A stretch of 64,000 nt of DNA, taken from the IMG/VR virus record IMGVR_UViG_3300008108_000044, positions 15,509-79,508 of that record. The stretch is one strand, 5' to 3'. The DNA comes from a virus. Numbering within the stretch: the stretch's first letter is position 1; each line of letters starts with the position of its first letter. Both the position numbers and the translations under genes were made by a program. Positions 46,615-56,908 of this stretch are shown one piece after another. Under the pieces are notes generated by a model. It worked only from the letters and a program-made list of their open reading frames with translations, did not search any database and was not told the origin of the DNA.

Positions 46615-47254
46615 TATATCACCAATCTATCCTGAGGATCCAAGAGTCATAGAACATTTTGATTTCTGTGGTAATACAATTTATAGGGCATATAATCTTT
46701 TAAGTAAATATGATATGCGTAATTTACTAGAAGAGGTTGATAATGAACTTGAAGTTTGTGAAGACAAATGGGATTTGTCTGTTGAAGCAACAAATAGATT
46801 ATCGCAACGTAAATTGTGGTATAAAAAAAGCTGGACAAACTTTTTTAAGATGGTGAAAAAACATCTTTATAATTATTCAGAAATAACTAATGACCCCAAA
46901 GTTAAAGAATATAAGGTCCAATCATATTGGGCAAAAAGAATGAGGGGCACAACTGAAGAAAATTATGGGAATGAATTGTATATAAATTATGGCAACAGTC
47001 ATAGTCATGACAATTTTGATCTTGGAATGATTTATTATTTAAAAAACCCATCAAGAATATATGGAACCTTAATTGAGAATAAGGACAGAGAAATTATTAT
47101 TCCTGGAGATGAAAATTCTTTACTAATACATCATTCACATATAAATCATCAACCAGTGATGCCACCACCAATTGTGGCAAATCAATATTATAGATGTGTT
47201 ATAGTTGTTGATTTTATGCATCCATCAAAGGTAGATTACTATGAAGGCAAATGA
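46604..47254 (+). CDS. 2OG-Fe(II) oxygenase-like protein
   Basis: HSHD..IYYL..INHQP..R. Confidence 0.6.
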   Translation: MTLDISPIYPEDPRVIEHFDFCGNTIYRAYNLLSKYDMRNLLEEVDNELEVCEDKWDLSVEATNRLSQRKLWYKKSWTNFFKMVKKHLYNYSEITNDPKVKEYKVQSYWAKRMRGTTEENYGNELYINYGNSHSHDNFDLGMIYYLKNPSRIYGTLIENKDREIIIPGDENSLLIHHSHINHQPVMPPPIVANQYYRCVIVVDFMHPSKVDYYEGK

Positions 47255-47474
47255 TAGAATAAAATATGCAACTATTGTTGAAAAAATTAATAAAAGAAGA
47301 ATATCTGAATTAACAGAAGAAGAATATGATTGGTTGAAGTATCATCCAGATTTAATTGCTAAGATAAAATTCCAAAAACAAAAGAATGACATAATTAAGT
47401 CAAGTTCTGGCAATAAAGATACAATAGAAGAGATTTTATTTGAATTGGACTTGTCAGATCGGATGTTTAGATGA
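47241..47474 (+). CDS. Hypothetical protein
   Basis: Contiguous ORF. Confidence 0.5.
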   Translation: MKANDRIKYATIVEKINKRRISELTEEEYDWLKYHPDLIAKIKFQKQKNDIIKSSSGNKDTIEEILFELDLSDRMFR

Positions 47475-47496
47475 TATAATGGGTTGATACTTTTTA

Positions 47497-48243
47497 TTGA
47501 GTATGGATTATTTTTTTCCAGTAATTCATAATATTTCTCAAGTTCTGAGGGAATTAAAACAATTAGATTACAATATCATTAATCAGGATCAATTTTCTAT
47601 TGTGAATTGTAATAATATAGATTCTCCACTCTTACGGGAAATTAAAGGAATTGCTTTTGATCTTAATGGAAACATTATTGCAAGACCATATCATCGGGCA
47701 TTTACTTTAGATACTCATGATGAGACGGAATATAATAAAACCATAAAGCAATTAAAAAAACTTAATGTTTTTTTAGAAAAACTTGATGGCACAATGATTT
47801 ATCCAGTACCAACTCCTTATGGATATAGATTAACATCTAAAGATGGTATCGGAAGTGCGTCTCTTAATGCTGAAGTTTTTATTGCGAATAAAACCCAGTA
47901 TAATGAGTTTATAAAAATATGTTTGTCTAAAAATTGCACACCCATATTTGAGTGGTGTTCTTTACAGAATAAAATAGTGGTAGAATATCCAGAAGAAAAC
48001 TTAATTCTTACTGGATTGCGTAATGTTAAAACTGGTGTATATTGCAAATATAAATTTCTTCGTAAACTTGCCACTAACTTAAAAATTCCTGTGGTAAATA
48101 AAGTGTGTGTTGATTACTATGATATTGGATCTTACATTAACACAATAAAAACACAAAAAGAATCAGAAGGAGTAGTTGTAAAATTTGATAGTGGACATAT
48201 GTTTTATATTAAATCGGAAGAATACTTAAAACAACGAAGTTAA
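47497..48243 (+). CDS. rnlA: RNA ligase 1 (T4 RnlA-like)
   Basis: LREIKGIAFD, EKLDGT, FEW, EGVVV, IKSEEY. Confidence 0.85.
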   Translation: MSMDYFFPVIHNISQVLRELKQLDYNIINQDQFSIVNCNNIDSPLLREIKGIAFDLNGNIIARPYHRAFTLDTHDETEYNKTIKQLKKLNVFLEKLDGTMIYPVPTPYGYRLTSKDGIGSASLNAEVFIANKTQYNEFIKICLSKNCTPIFEWCSLQNKIVVEYPEENLILTGLRNVKTGVYCKYKFLRKLATNLKIPVVNKVCVDYYDIGSYINTIKTQKESEGVVVKFDSGHMFYIKSEEYLKQRS

Positions 48244-48248
48244 CTTCT

Positions 48249-48725
48249 ATGGAACATCTAAAAATCAGACCACATCAAACAGTGTTGGTATTAAACTCTA
48301 GTTATGAACCAATTAATTTTACTAATTGGAAAAGAGCAGTTATTTTGGTTTTAAAAGAAAAAGTTCAAGTTATATCTGAGAGAGTAATTAGGCTTCTTAA
48401 TTACATTAAAGTTCCAGTTGACTATGCTGCAAAATGTAAACCATCCAGAACTGCAATATACAAAAGAGATCGTAATACTTGCCAATATTGTGGTGCTACA
48501 AGTAAGTTGACGATAGATCATGTTCTTCCTAGATGTAAGGGTGGTGATGACTCTTGGGAAAATCTGGTAGTTGCATGTTCCTCATGCAATACTAAAAAAG
48601 GTGATAAACTTTTAGATCATATAAACATGAAGTTAATCCGTCAACCAAGAGCACCCTGGAACAAAGTTGCATTTGATTTGGCAAATTGCAATGTACCAGA
48701 ATGGAGAGAATATTCTTATGCGTAA
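48249..48725 (+). CDS. HNH endonuclease
   Basis: VLVLNSSYEP; RDRNTCQYC..TIDHVLP..WENLVVACSSCNTKK. Confidence 0.9.
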   Translation: MEHLKIRPHQTVLVLNSSYEPINFTNWKRAVILVLKEKVQVISERVIRLLNYIKVPVDYAAKCKPSRTAIYKRDRNTCQYCGATSKLTIDHVLPRCKGGDDSWENLVVACSSCNTKKGDKLLDHINMKLIRQPRAPWNKVAFDLANCNVPEWREYSYA

Positions 48726-49179
48726 ATTGAATCATCCCTGTGTAATTTTTGATTTAGATGGAACTTTATGTAATGTAAAACATAGACAACAATTCATAGC
48801 AACTCATCCTAGAAATTGGAACGCCTGGAATGCTGGCATTTTGCAAGATACTGTCAATCCCCCTGTCGGTGTTGTTTTTAAAGCCCTAAAAAAATCTTAT
48901 ACTAAACTTAAGATGGTTATTTTGACAGGAAGAACTGATGATTATAAAGATGAAACTGAATTGTGGTTAAATAGAAATTCTATTGAATATGATGAATTGT
49001 ATATGAGGAAGTCGGGTGACTTCCGAGATGATACTGAAATCAAAGGAGAGATTGTTGATATCATAGAAAAGAAGTATAATATACTGTGTGTTTTTGAGGA
49101 TCGTAAGAGAGTTGTAGATATGTGGGTTAAAAGAGGAGTTTGGGTTTTTGATTGTGGTCAAACAAAAGGAGAGTTTTAA
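48718..49179 (+). CDS. HAD phosphatase, PseT/Pnkp 3'-phosphatase domain only
   Basis: FDLDGT, TGR, LYMR..D.R.D..K, FEDR. Confidence 0.85.
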   Translation: MRKLNHPCVIFDLDGTLCNVKHRQQFIATHPRNWNAWNAGILQDTVNPPVGVVFKALKKSYTKLKMVILTGRTDDYKDETELWLNRNSIEYDELYMRKSGDFRDDTEIKGEIVDIIEKKYNILCVFEDRKRVVDMWVKRGVWVFDCGQTKGEF

Positions 49180-49599
49180 ATGTTTTTTCGTAAATTAAAT
49201 AAACAATTTTTAATTGGATCTTATACTAAATCTGGCAGAAAGATTGAGTATGGTATGGATACCCCATATGGATTTGCTGGAATTAAGTATTCATATATTA
49301 AAACACAGGATGAAGATGATCTTCTTAAAGTGTTTTATTATCCACAAGAAAATGCTCCAACGATGCAGATTGACAATCAAACTGATGGTGCTATCTTCCA
49401 TGAAGGATATTTGAGAAAATCTGTTAGGTTCATGGCACATCCTGGAGATGCTTATCTATTGGATGTATCTAAACCTCATTCGGTGTTCCCAATGGAACCA
49501 GGACTTCCTGATCGTAAGGCAATCTGTCTACAAATTCTTTATAAGTCTTTTGATGAGGCAGTAGAAATGTTGAAAGAAACAGGATATATTGATGATTGA
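49180..49599 (+). CDS. Cupin-like protein, possibly internally deleted
   Basis: AYLLDVSKPHSV..RKAICLQ; no HxD motif. Confidence 0.45.
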   Translation: MFFRKLNKQFLIGSYTKSGRKIEYGMDTPYGFAGIKYSYIKTQDEDDLLKVFYYPQENAPTMQIDNQTDGAIFHEGYLRKSVRFMAHPGDAYLLDVSKPHSVFPMEPGLPDRKAICLQILYKSFDEAVEMLKETGYIDD

Positions 49600-50104
49600 A
49601 GTTGTAGATGATTTTTTGCCCGAAGAGCAATATCAATTAATCTATGATTATTTTATGGGCAATCTCAATAAAGGAGATATTGCTCACTCTTGTGTTTGGA
49701 CTTATCATTCTGGGATTAGTTTACCCAATGATGGGCATTTTCAATTTGTACAACAAATTTTTTGTAAAAATACCATTATTAGTCCTGCCTTCAGCATATT
49801 AAATCCAATTTTACAAAAAGAAAATGTAGTTGCGGTAGCAAGAATTAAGGCAAACATGCTTTTAAAAACTGAAGATCTTTTGGTTTTTGATTGGGCATTT
49901 CATACTGATCTTACAGATACTCCCGCTACTACTGCGATATATTATATAAATTCCAATGATGGATATACTTTATTTGAGGATGGATTGAAGATAGAAAGTA
50001 TAGCAAATAGATTTGTAAAATTTCCATGTAATTATAAGCATACTGGTACTACTTGTACGAATACAGATCGTAGAGTATTAATAAATTTTAATTATTATAC
50101 TTAA
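49589..50104 (+). CDS. 2OG-Fe(II) oxygenase
   Basis: RIKAN, FHTD, TAIYYIN, HTGT..R. Confidence 0.85.
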   Translation: MMIEVVDDFLPEEQYQLIYDYFMGNLNKGDIAHSCVWTYHSGISLPNDGHFQFVQQIFCKNTIISPAFSILNPILQKENVVAVARIKANMLLKTEDLLVFDWAFHTDLTDTPATTAIYYINSNDGYTLFEDGLKIESIANRFVKFPCNYKHTGTTCTNTDRRVLINFNYYT

Positions 50105-50956
50105 ATGAAACAGTTTGATACTAAACAAATAGAGTTACATGTTACTCATACTTGCAACTTTACTTGTGAGGGTTGTTCTCATTATTCAAATCATGGGCAT
50201 TCTGGCACACTATCTCTGGAAACTGCAAAAGAATGGCTATATATTTGGGGTCAACGGGTAAGACCTAAAACATTTGTTATACTTGGTGGAGAACCAACTT
50301 TAAATAAAGAACTTACCGATCTTGTATATTTGGTAAGGATGATTTATCCCGATCCATATACTCAAATTGATTTAGTATCAAATGCAAGTTTTTTGCATTT
50401 GCATCTTAAGTTACCAAAAGCATTAATAGCGACACAGACTAACTTAGCAATATCTATACATAGCACTACTCATAAAAACTACGTAAAAAAGTTTAAACGA
50501 GGATATAAACTTGCTAAACAATGGAAACATGATCTTGGAGTGCATGTAGAATTTTGGGATTATACTAATGACTATTGGACGCCACAATACACTGGATTTG
50601 GTAACAATATGATGCCCTATGAGGATAATAATCCTCGCCAAAGTTGGGAAAAGTGTGTCTCTAAACATGCAATTCAATTACATGAAAACAAGTTGTGGAA
50701 GTGTCCAGCATTGGCATACCTACCAATGCAAGCAAGCAAATATAATTTGAGTCAAAAGTGGAATCCGTATTTACAGTACAAAGCATTAAATGTTGATTGT
50801 ACCGATGAAGAATTAGAACAATTTTTGAATAGAGAGGATGAATCCTTCTGTTCTATGTGCCCAGCAAATAGTAAACCAAAAATCAAAGATGATCCAACAT
50901 TACCTGTAAGTTATTGGGAGAAAAAACATGATCACATGGGGGATATCAGCGAATAG
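50105..50956 (+). CDS. Radical SAM protein (paralog of 45796-46614)
   Basis: CNFTCEGC, GGEP, LWKCP, CSMC. Confidence 0.9.
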   Translation: MKQFDTKQIELHVTHTCNFTCEGCSHYSNHGHSGTLSLETAKEWLYIWGQRVRPKTFVILGGEPTLNKELTDLVYLVRMIYPDPYTQIDLVSNASFLHLHLKLPKALIATQTNLAISIHSTTHKNYVKKFKRGYKLAKQWKHDLGVHVEFWDYTNDYWTPQYTGFGNNMMPYEDNNPRQSWEKCVSKHAIQLHENKLWKCPALAYLPMQASKYNLSQKWNPYLQYKALNVDCTDEELEQFLNREDESFCSMCPANSKPKIKDDPTLPVSYWEKKHDHMGDISE

Positions 50957-52302
50957 TCACAATGCTGCAATGTCAGTATTTTTGAATGACCAGTTGATAT
51001 TTGCTAGTGAGAGTGAACGTTTTAGTAAGATTAAAAACGATCCATATATCCCAAATTCAATGTTGAATTATGTGTTAAAATTTGGAAGACCAGAGTTAAT
51101 TTGTTGGTATGAGAATCCATTTAAAAAAAGATTGAGACAAATATATGCGGGGCAAGGTCCATTTGTAAATAATTTTGAAAGATATTACGATTGTCAACAT
51201 AAGTTTTTTAATCATCATTATACACATGCCTGTGGTGGATATTTTACAAGTAAATTCCAACGTGCTGCCATTTTGGTTATAGATGCGATAGGAGAATTCC
51301 AAACCCTTACTATTTGGGAAGCAGAAGGAAGAACAGTAAGATTAAAATATGAATTAAAATATCCAAATAGCATTGGATTATTGTATTCTGCTATGACAAA
51401 ACGTTGTGGATTAAAACCAAATGAAGAAGAGTATGTATTAATGGCTTTATCTGCTTTAGGAGATAAGCATAAACTTAAAGATTCTATGTTTGAAGATTTT
51501 AGTACTGAAGATTTTAAATCTAAAGTTAATCTGCATAGAGGATGTGGTGACTGGAAACCAGAAGAATCGAAGGAAGATATTGCAGCAGCGACACAAGAAG
51601 TATATGAGATATTATTTAATAATGCACTAAGATTAACTAAAAAGTTAGTTCCATCTAAAAATCTTGTTTTAATGGGTGGATGTGCATTAAATTGTGTTGC
51701 AAATAAACATGCATATAATTATTTTAAAAATGTTTGGATTATGCCAGCTCCAGGAGATAGTGGATCTGCTATTGGTGCAGTGCTGGCACACAAAAAAACA
51801 CATATAAAATTTACACCATATCTTGGGTATTATATTCCACATAAAAATACAAATAATGAGATTGCAAACCACTTAGAATCAAATAAAGTATGTGGTCTTG
51901 CAAGAGGTAGAGCAGAGTTTGGTCCAAGAGCATTGGGGGCAAGAAGTTTACTTGCAGATCCAACAGATCCTGATATTAAAGATAAAGTCAATAAAATTAA
52001 AAAAAGAGAATCTTACCGACCATTTTCTCCAGTTATACCAATTGAGTTTGCAAGTCTTTATTTTGATATGCATCATGATTTAATTGAGAGTCCATATATG
52101 CAGTATGCAGTAAAGTGTAATACAAACAGTCAAAAAAAGTGATGCTCCAAGATTGCACAATTTATTGTGTCATTGGAGGGCAAAAAGCGGACATCCTATT
52201 CTTTTAAACACCAGTTTAAATATTAAAGGACAACCAATATTGAATGATGAATTGGATTGTAACAAGTGGGAAAGATTGCATGAAATTAAAATATTCTCAT
52301 GA
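50928..52302 (+). pseudogene. Carbamoyltransferase (NodU/CmcH), broken by a frameshifting deletion at about 52119
   Basis: SHNAA, ERFSKIKND, HHYTHA, DAIGE, GGCALN, EFGPRALG; the C-terminal IQTV..LLNTSLN lies in another frame (52120-52302). Confidence 0.75.
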
Positions 52303-53087
52303 CATTTTTAAAACTAACAGAAAGAATAGAGAATAAATTATTACTTCCTTCTCAAGAATTAATAACTGGTACAACTCAGTGGTTTGATCAAGACACTGAG
52401 GATTTATATAAGAAGAATTTAAAATGCCAACCAAATGATTGGTATTATAGGAATAAAAAGATTGAATATAATTTAAACAGTGCTGGATACAGAACAAAAG
52501 AGTTTACGCAAATTAATTGGTCAAAATCTATTGTTGTTTTTGGATGTTCTTTTGTTTTTGGTGTGGGTAATGCTGAAGAAGACACTATTACTGGTCAAAT
52601 AGAAGCGATTACTGGAATTCCTACAATTAATTTGGGATCTGCTGGAGCATCATCAACATTTACAGTGCATAATGCTGTTTTATTGAATGAGTCTTATCCT
52701 ATACCAAAAGCAGTTGTGAGTATATGGCCATCTCCATTTAGATGTCCATATTATACTGAAGATAGAGTGATGCAATGTGGTAATTGGAATTATGATAGAT
52801 TTAAGATTGGATACTACTGGAATGTTGATAGAAATCATGCATTAATGAACTTACGATTAAATGCCATGACTCTCAGACAACTTTGGCAATCTAAAACATC
52901 ATATTATGAATTGAGTATGTTCACTACAACTGCAAATTACCTTGAATGTGATTTTATTAAGCAAGTAGATGATGCACGGGATATCAGGAAACAAGATGGT
53001 GCTGTTACCGCACATCCAGGAAAAATTACTAATAAAATTGTTGCAGAAAAAATAGTAAAGAGTCTTGGGTTGCAAAATCAGTGGTAA
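52299..53087 (+). CDS. SGNH/GDSL-like protein
   Basis: FGCSFVFG, NLG, D.AR....HPG. Confidence 0.65.
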   Translation: MTFLKLTERIENKLLLPSQELITGTTQWFDQDTEDLYKKNLKCQPNDWYYRNKKIEYNLNSAGYRTKEFTQINWSKSIVVFGCSFVFGVGNAEEDTITGQIEAITGIPTINLGSAGASSTFTVHNAVLLNESYPIPKAVVSIWPSPFRCPYYTEDRVMQCGNWNYDRFKIGYYWNVDRNHALMNLRLNAMTLRQLWQSKTSYYELSMFTTTANYLECDFIKQVDDARDIRKQDGAVTAHPGKITNKIVAEKIVKSLGLQNQW

Positions 53088-53098
53088 TCTGCTATGAT
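53070..53098 (+). promoter_or_regulatory. Sigma70-type promoter
   Basis: TTGCAA-N17-TATGAT with an extended TG. Confidence 0.55.
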
Positions 53099-53119
53099 AT
53101 CTGCAGATGCAAGGTAAGC

Positions 53120-54260
53120 ATGGTTACTCGCACTTATACGGACAAAAATGCTAATGAATGGACTTGGGAAGAAACTCCTGAAACTATCGAGGCACTAAAA
53201 CAACTACACGAAACAGTAAAACAAGTAAATGACAACAAACAATCCGATAACTCTTGATGAGTATAAAGAAGTAGCAGAAGAATTCTTTCCTAAGTATCAC
53301 TTTGTTGCCCAAGAATTGGGTGAAGGATCTAAAACAGAAGATGTTTTAAAAGTGATGGAATCTCTTGCTGGTCTTGTTCTTAAAAAAAGAACAGAAAAGA
53401 AAAAAGTAACTCTTGGATTTAATAAAGATGTCAGAGAAGAAACTGATTGATGATTGTTTTTATGTTGAGGAAAAATCATATGGACTTTGGGACTCAACCG
53501 ACAAAGAGGGTAAAGGATTGGTTACATCTCTCACTGAAGACGAATGTATCAAAGCAACCCGTTTTTATCTTAAAGGACGGCAGGAAGGTTGGCCTGAATC
53601 CAAAGTCTATGATGGTGAAGTAGGTGGAAAACTCTGATTACCCATATCATGAATTAGATCCAACCACACCTTGGTATGAGTGGTTATGTTATTGTGAGAT
53701 ATGTCATCAATTGCATGTCAAAGATCAACCAAGTCTTGGTAGATATATGGCATATCGAAGATATCTAAAATACATGGGGATTATATGAAAAAAATTCTAT
53801 CATTGTTACTCGGACCAAAAAAAGAACAAAAGTTTATTGTTGATTGTGTAGATAGCACTCCTGGTGGTAGATTTACGTTACTTGACTTGATTCAATCATT
53901 GGAAACAAGAGTTGAATATCTTGAACAAAAATATAAGGGAGCACTTGAAGATATTAAAAGACTTGAAGGGGAGAATATTGAAACTACAAATGCCCTATAT
54001 GAGTTAGAAAATCGCATTCAATCGCAAATTGATGCACATTGTCCACCAATATATACTATGGATAAGTACACTTTGGGAGATAAATGATGTACGAATTAGA
54101 TGATTTTGAGAAAGCACTAGCTCATTTTGGTACGAGAGTAGATATTATTTGTGCTCTTGAATTGGGTGGCAAAATTGATGCTCAAACTGCGTATAAAGAA
54201 ATTAAAGCAGAATTAAAAGAACTTAAAAGAGCAAAGAAACAATATACAAAGGAGCAATGA
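53120..54260 (+). CDS. Run of six small hypothetical ORFs (53120-53257, 53229-53450, 53428-53637, 53624-53788, 53785-54087, 54084-54260)
   Basis: Overlapping or coupled ORFs; three read manually. Confidence 0.6.
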
Positions 54261-55033
54261 GGGTTAATCCAAATATTATTCATTCTATTCATAGTAATAA
54301 TCTCATACCTCTTCCAAACATAACAGTACAGAACATTGGAGGGTGTAGTTTAGAGAATGATGATATATGTGGATCCTGGGATTTTTTTGGTAAAGATGAT
54401 GAAGAAACTTATTTAAAGAATGTAAAAGAACAACCAGATAGTTGGTATTATCGTAATAATAAAATTAAATATACCTTAAATTCTTACGGATATAGGACAA
54501 AGGAATTTAACAATATTGAATGGCAAAACTCTATAGTAATTTTTGGTTGTTCTTATGTGTTTGGAACAGGAGTAGATGATTCTCATACTATAGGATCTTT
54601 TTTGCAAGATATATCTGGAGTTCCAGTTATTAATCTTGGAATGGGTGGATCGTCAATTCAGTTTGCTCTACATAATTCTTTGATGTTATATAAAAGTTTT
54701 GGAATACCAAAACAAGTTGTTTATTGTTTCCCTGGAATTTCTAGATATCTGTTATATCAAAGGAAGCACGTTGAGTTGAAGATGGGATCAACTGATCAAA
54801 AAATGATGGATCATGTCATACCTTTCAATATGATTAATGTTGAATTGATTAGAAATTTATGGCATAATAAATGTAGTTATTATGAGTGTAGTTTTTTCCC
54901 AACAACTGCTGAAATACTTGGATGTGATCTATATGAACCTATTCCTGATGATTACGCTAGAGATTTAAGTCATCCTGGTATAACTTCAAACAAGTATCTT
55001 GCAAATAAAATATACAAACATCTAAAATTATGA
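54257..55033 (+). CDS. SGNH/GDSL-like protein (paralog of 52299-53087)
   Basis: FGCSYVFG, NLG, DYARDLSHPG. Confidence 0.65.
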   Translation: MRVNPNIIHSIHSNNLIPLPNITVQNIGGCSLENDDICGSWDFFGKDDEETYLKNVKEQPDSWYYRNNKIKYTLNSYGYRTKEFNNIEWQNSIVIFGCSYVFGTGVDDSHTIGSFLQDISGVPVINLGMGGSSIQFALHNSLMLYKSFGIPKQVVYCFPGISRYLLYQRKHVELKMGSTDQKMMDHVIPFNMINVELIRNLWHNKCSYYECSFFPTTAEILGCDLYEPIPDDYARDLSHPGITSNKYLANKIYKHLKL

Positions 55034-55145
55034 TAAAATATATCAAAAGACTCTTTTATTTTATCTTTGATTATATTGAGATTAGAAAGAGTAATAAACT
55101 TGCTAAAAAAATCGCTAAAGAAGATCCTTTTATTTACAAATAGTC

Positions 55146-55505
55146 ATGGCTAAAATCTATGAATCACCTGATGGTGGGAAGACAATTAAAGAGCGTGAGT
55201 TAAGAGATCCATCTGCACAACAGGAATATACTCATGCAAAGATGAAAGATAAGAAGAAATGGGTTCTTACTGTTGAAGAAGCAAAGGACGCAGATACTGA
55301 CAAAATTGAATACTTTGTATCCTTTCCCGATAATCTTTTGGAAGCAGCGAACTTAAAAGAAGGAGATGTTATTGAGTGGATTGATCAAGGAGATGGATCA
55401 TATAAACTTAAAAAGGTTGAAGATCATACACTTGCAACATATGATGATATGATTGCTGCTGGTTTTACTATGACTGATGATGGATTTTGGATTAAGGATA
55501 AATAA
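55146..55505 (+). CDS. AbrB/SpoVT-like domain protein
   Basis: FVSFPDNLLEAANLKEGDVIEW. Confidence 0.6.
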   Translation: MAKIYESPDGGKTIKERELRDPSAQQEYTHAKMKDKKKWVLTVEEAKDADTDKIEYFVSFPDNLLEAANLKEGDVIEWIDQGDGSYKLKKVEDHTLATYDDMIAAGFTMTDDGFWIKDK

Positions 55506-55531
55506 GTAAATAAAAGAAATATCATTGTAAG

Positions 55532-56056
55532 ATGGCAGCAACATTAACCGCTACTGGTGTAACCTTTGACGATGGAACTTCAATAACTTCAAAGTATTCT
55601 GTTCTGGCACAAGGTACAGTATCGGTATTTTATCAAGCATCAGCACCAACTGGTTGGACTAAGGTAACTGCACATAATGATAAAACTCTTAGAGTTGTAA
55701 GTGGAAGTGGTGGAGACTTTGGTTTTGGTGGTGTATCTGGTGCTGGAGGATTACCATTTAGTACAGTATTCCCAAGTAGTACATCATCATTAAGCTTAAC
55801 TTTTAGTGCTACAGTTCCAGTTACGGGTACTGTAGGAGATACTACACTAACAACATCTCAAATTCCAAATCATACTCATAACTCATTAACTGGTGGATTG
55901 GGCAGTGCTGCAAGTGGAGGATCAAGTTTTTTGACCTCTGGAAGTAACTCTACAGGTGGAGTCGTTGCTCCTAGCACTGGGGGTTCTCACAATCATCCTT
56001 TTAGTGGTCAAATTAACTTTAGTGCTCTTTTATTGGATGTATCCATCTCAGACTAA
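55532..56056 (+). CDS. Short tail fibre/collar-like protein 1 (C-terminus apparently lost)
   Basis: FYQASAPTGW, TLTTSQIPNHTH, GSHNHPF. Confidence 0.7.
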   Translation: MAATLTATGVTFDDGTSITSKYSVLAQGTVSVFYQASAPTGWTKVTAHNDKTLRVVSGSGGDFGFGGVSGAGGLPFSTVFPSSTSSLSLTFSATVPVTGTVGDTTLTTSQIPNHTHNSLTGGLGSAASGGSSFLTSGSNSTGGVVAPSTGGSHNHPFSGQINFSALLLDVSISD

Positions 56057-56537
56057 AAAACTATTCTTTCAAGCAGCAGCACCAACTGGTTGGACAAGAA
56101 GTACTCTACACAACAATAAAATGTTAAGGGTTGTGTCTGGTACTGGTGGTGGTTCTGGAGGAACAACTAACTTTACATCTGTTCTTTCAACTGGAACTGG
56201 CAATATATCTGTTACAGTAAACAATACGTTCCCAGTTCAAATACCACCAGGAGTAGCATCTAATGTTGGGGATACCTCATTAGCATTATCACAATTGCCA
56301 GACCACTCTCATGTTGGACTTACTGGTGCTCAGGGAGGATCTGGAGCAACACCATTTAGTTTTGGTGGGTCATTTCTTGTGTTTGGAAGTGTTGCTACTG
56401 GTAATATGATAGAAAATAGTGGTGGTGGATCCCATAATCACCCTTTTACTGGATCATGTGCAATGAATGAGACTAGAACCTTTGGACTTGATTTGGCAGT
56501 TCAATACGTTGATATGATAATTTGCACATTAAACTAA
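56031..56537 (+). CDS. Short tail fibre/collar-like protein 2 (N-terminus apparently lost)
   Basis: FFQAAAPTGW, LSQLPDHSH, LAVQYVDMIIC. Confidence 0.65.
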   Translation, partial: YWMYPSQTKKLFFQAAAPTGWTRSTLHNNKMLRVVSGTGGGSGGTTNFTSVLSTGTGNISVTVNNTFPVQIPPGVASNVGDTSLALSQLPDHSHVGLTGAQGGSGATPFSFGGSFLVFGSVATGNMIENSGGGSHNHPFTGSCAMNETRTFGLDLAVQYVDMIICTLN

Positions 56538-56572
56538 ATATGTTATAATACAATTAATAGTTTGACTTAATT

Positions 56573-56908
56573 ATGGCACAAATTAAACCTGGGAATTTTT
56601 GTCCTTTAATTCAATCTGACTGTAAAGGTCTTGAATGTTCCTGGTATACTCAAATTAGAGGAACCAATCCAAATACAGGAGAACCAGTAGATGAATGGGC
56701 ATGTGCAATTAATTGGTTACCCATGTTGATGATTGAAAATTCGCAACAACAACGTTCAACTGGAGCAGCAGTTGAATCATTTAGAAATGAAATGGTTAAA
56801 GCAAATGAAAGTAATATTAATGTATTATCTGCAGCTGCTCAAATGTTACAACATGCAAGAGAGAATAAAATTCTAACTGCCAAAGTACAAGAGGTAACAG
56901 AGGAATGA
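56573..56908 (+). CDS. Tail-fibre-associated Cys-rich protein
   Basis: CPLI..C..CSW..CAI; GAAVESFRNEMVKAN. Confidence 0.65.
   Translation: MAQIKPGNFCPLIQSDCKGLECSWYTQIRGTNPNTGEPVDEWACAINWLPMLMIENSQQQRSTGAAVESFRNEMVKANESNINVLSAAAQMLQHARENKILTAKVQEVTEE

Noticed and set aside
48249-48725. HNH as an intron-encoded homing endonuclease
   Set aside because: The flanking genes are distinct and abut directly; there is no room for group I intron structure.
45796-50956. Diversity-generating retroelement TR/VR pair suggested by repeated sequence
   Set aside because: Differences are not adenine-specific, both copies are full genes, and there is no reverse transcriptase in the window.
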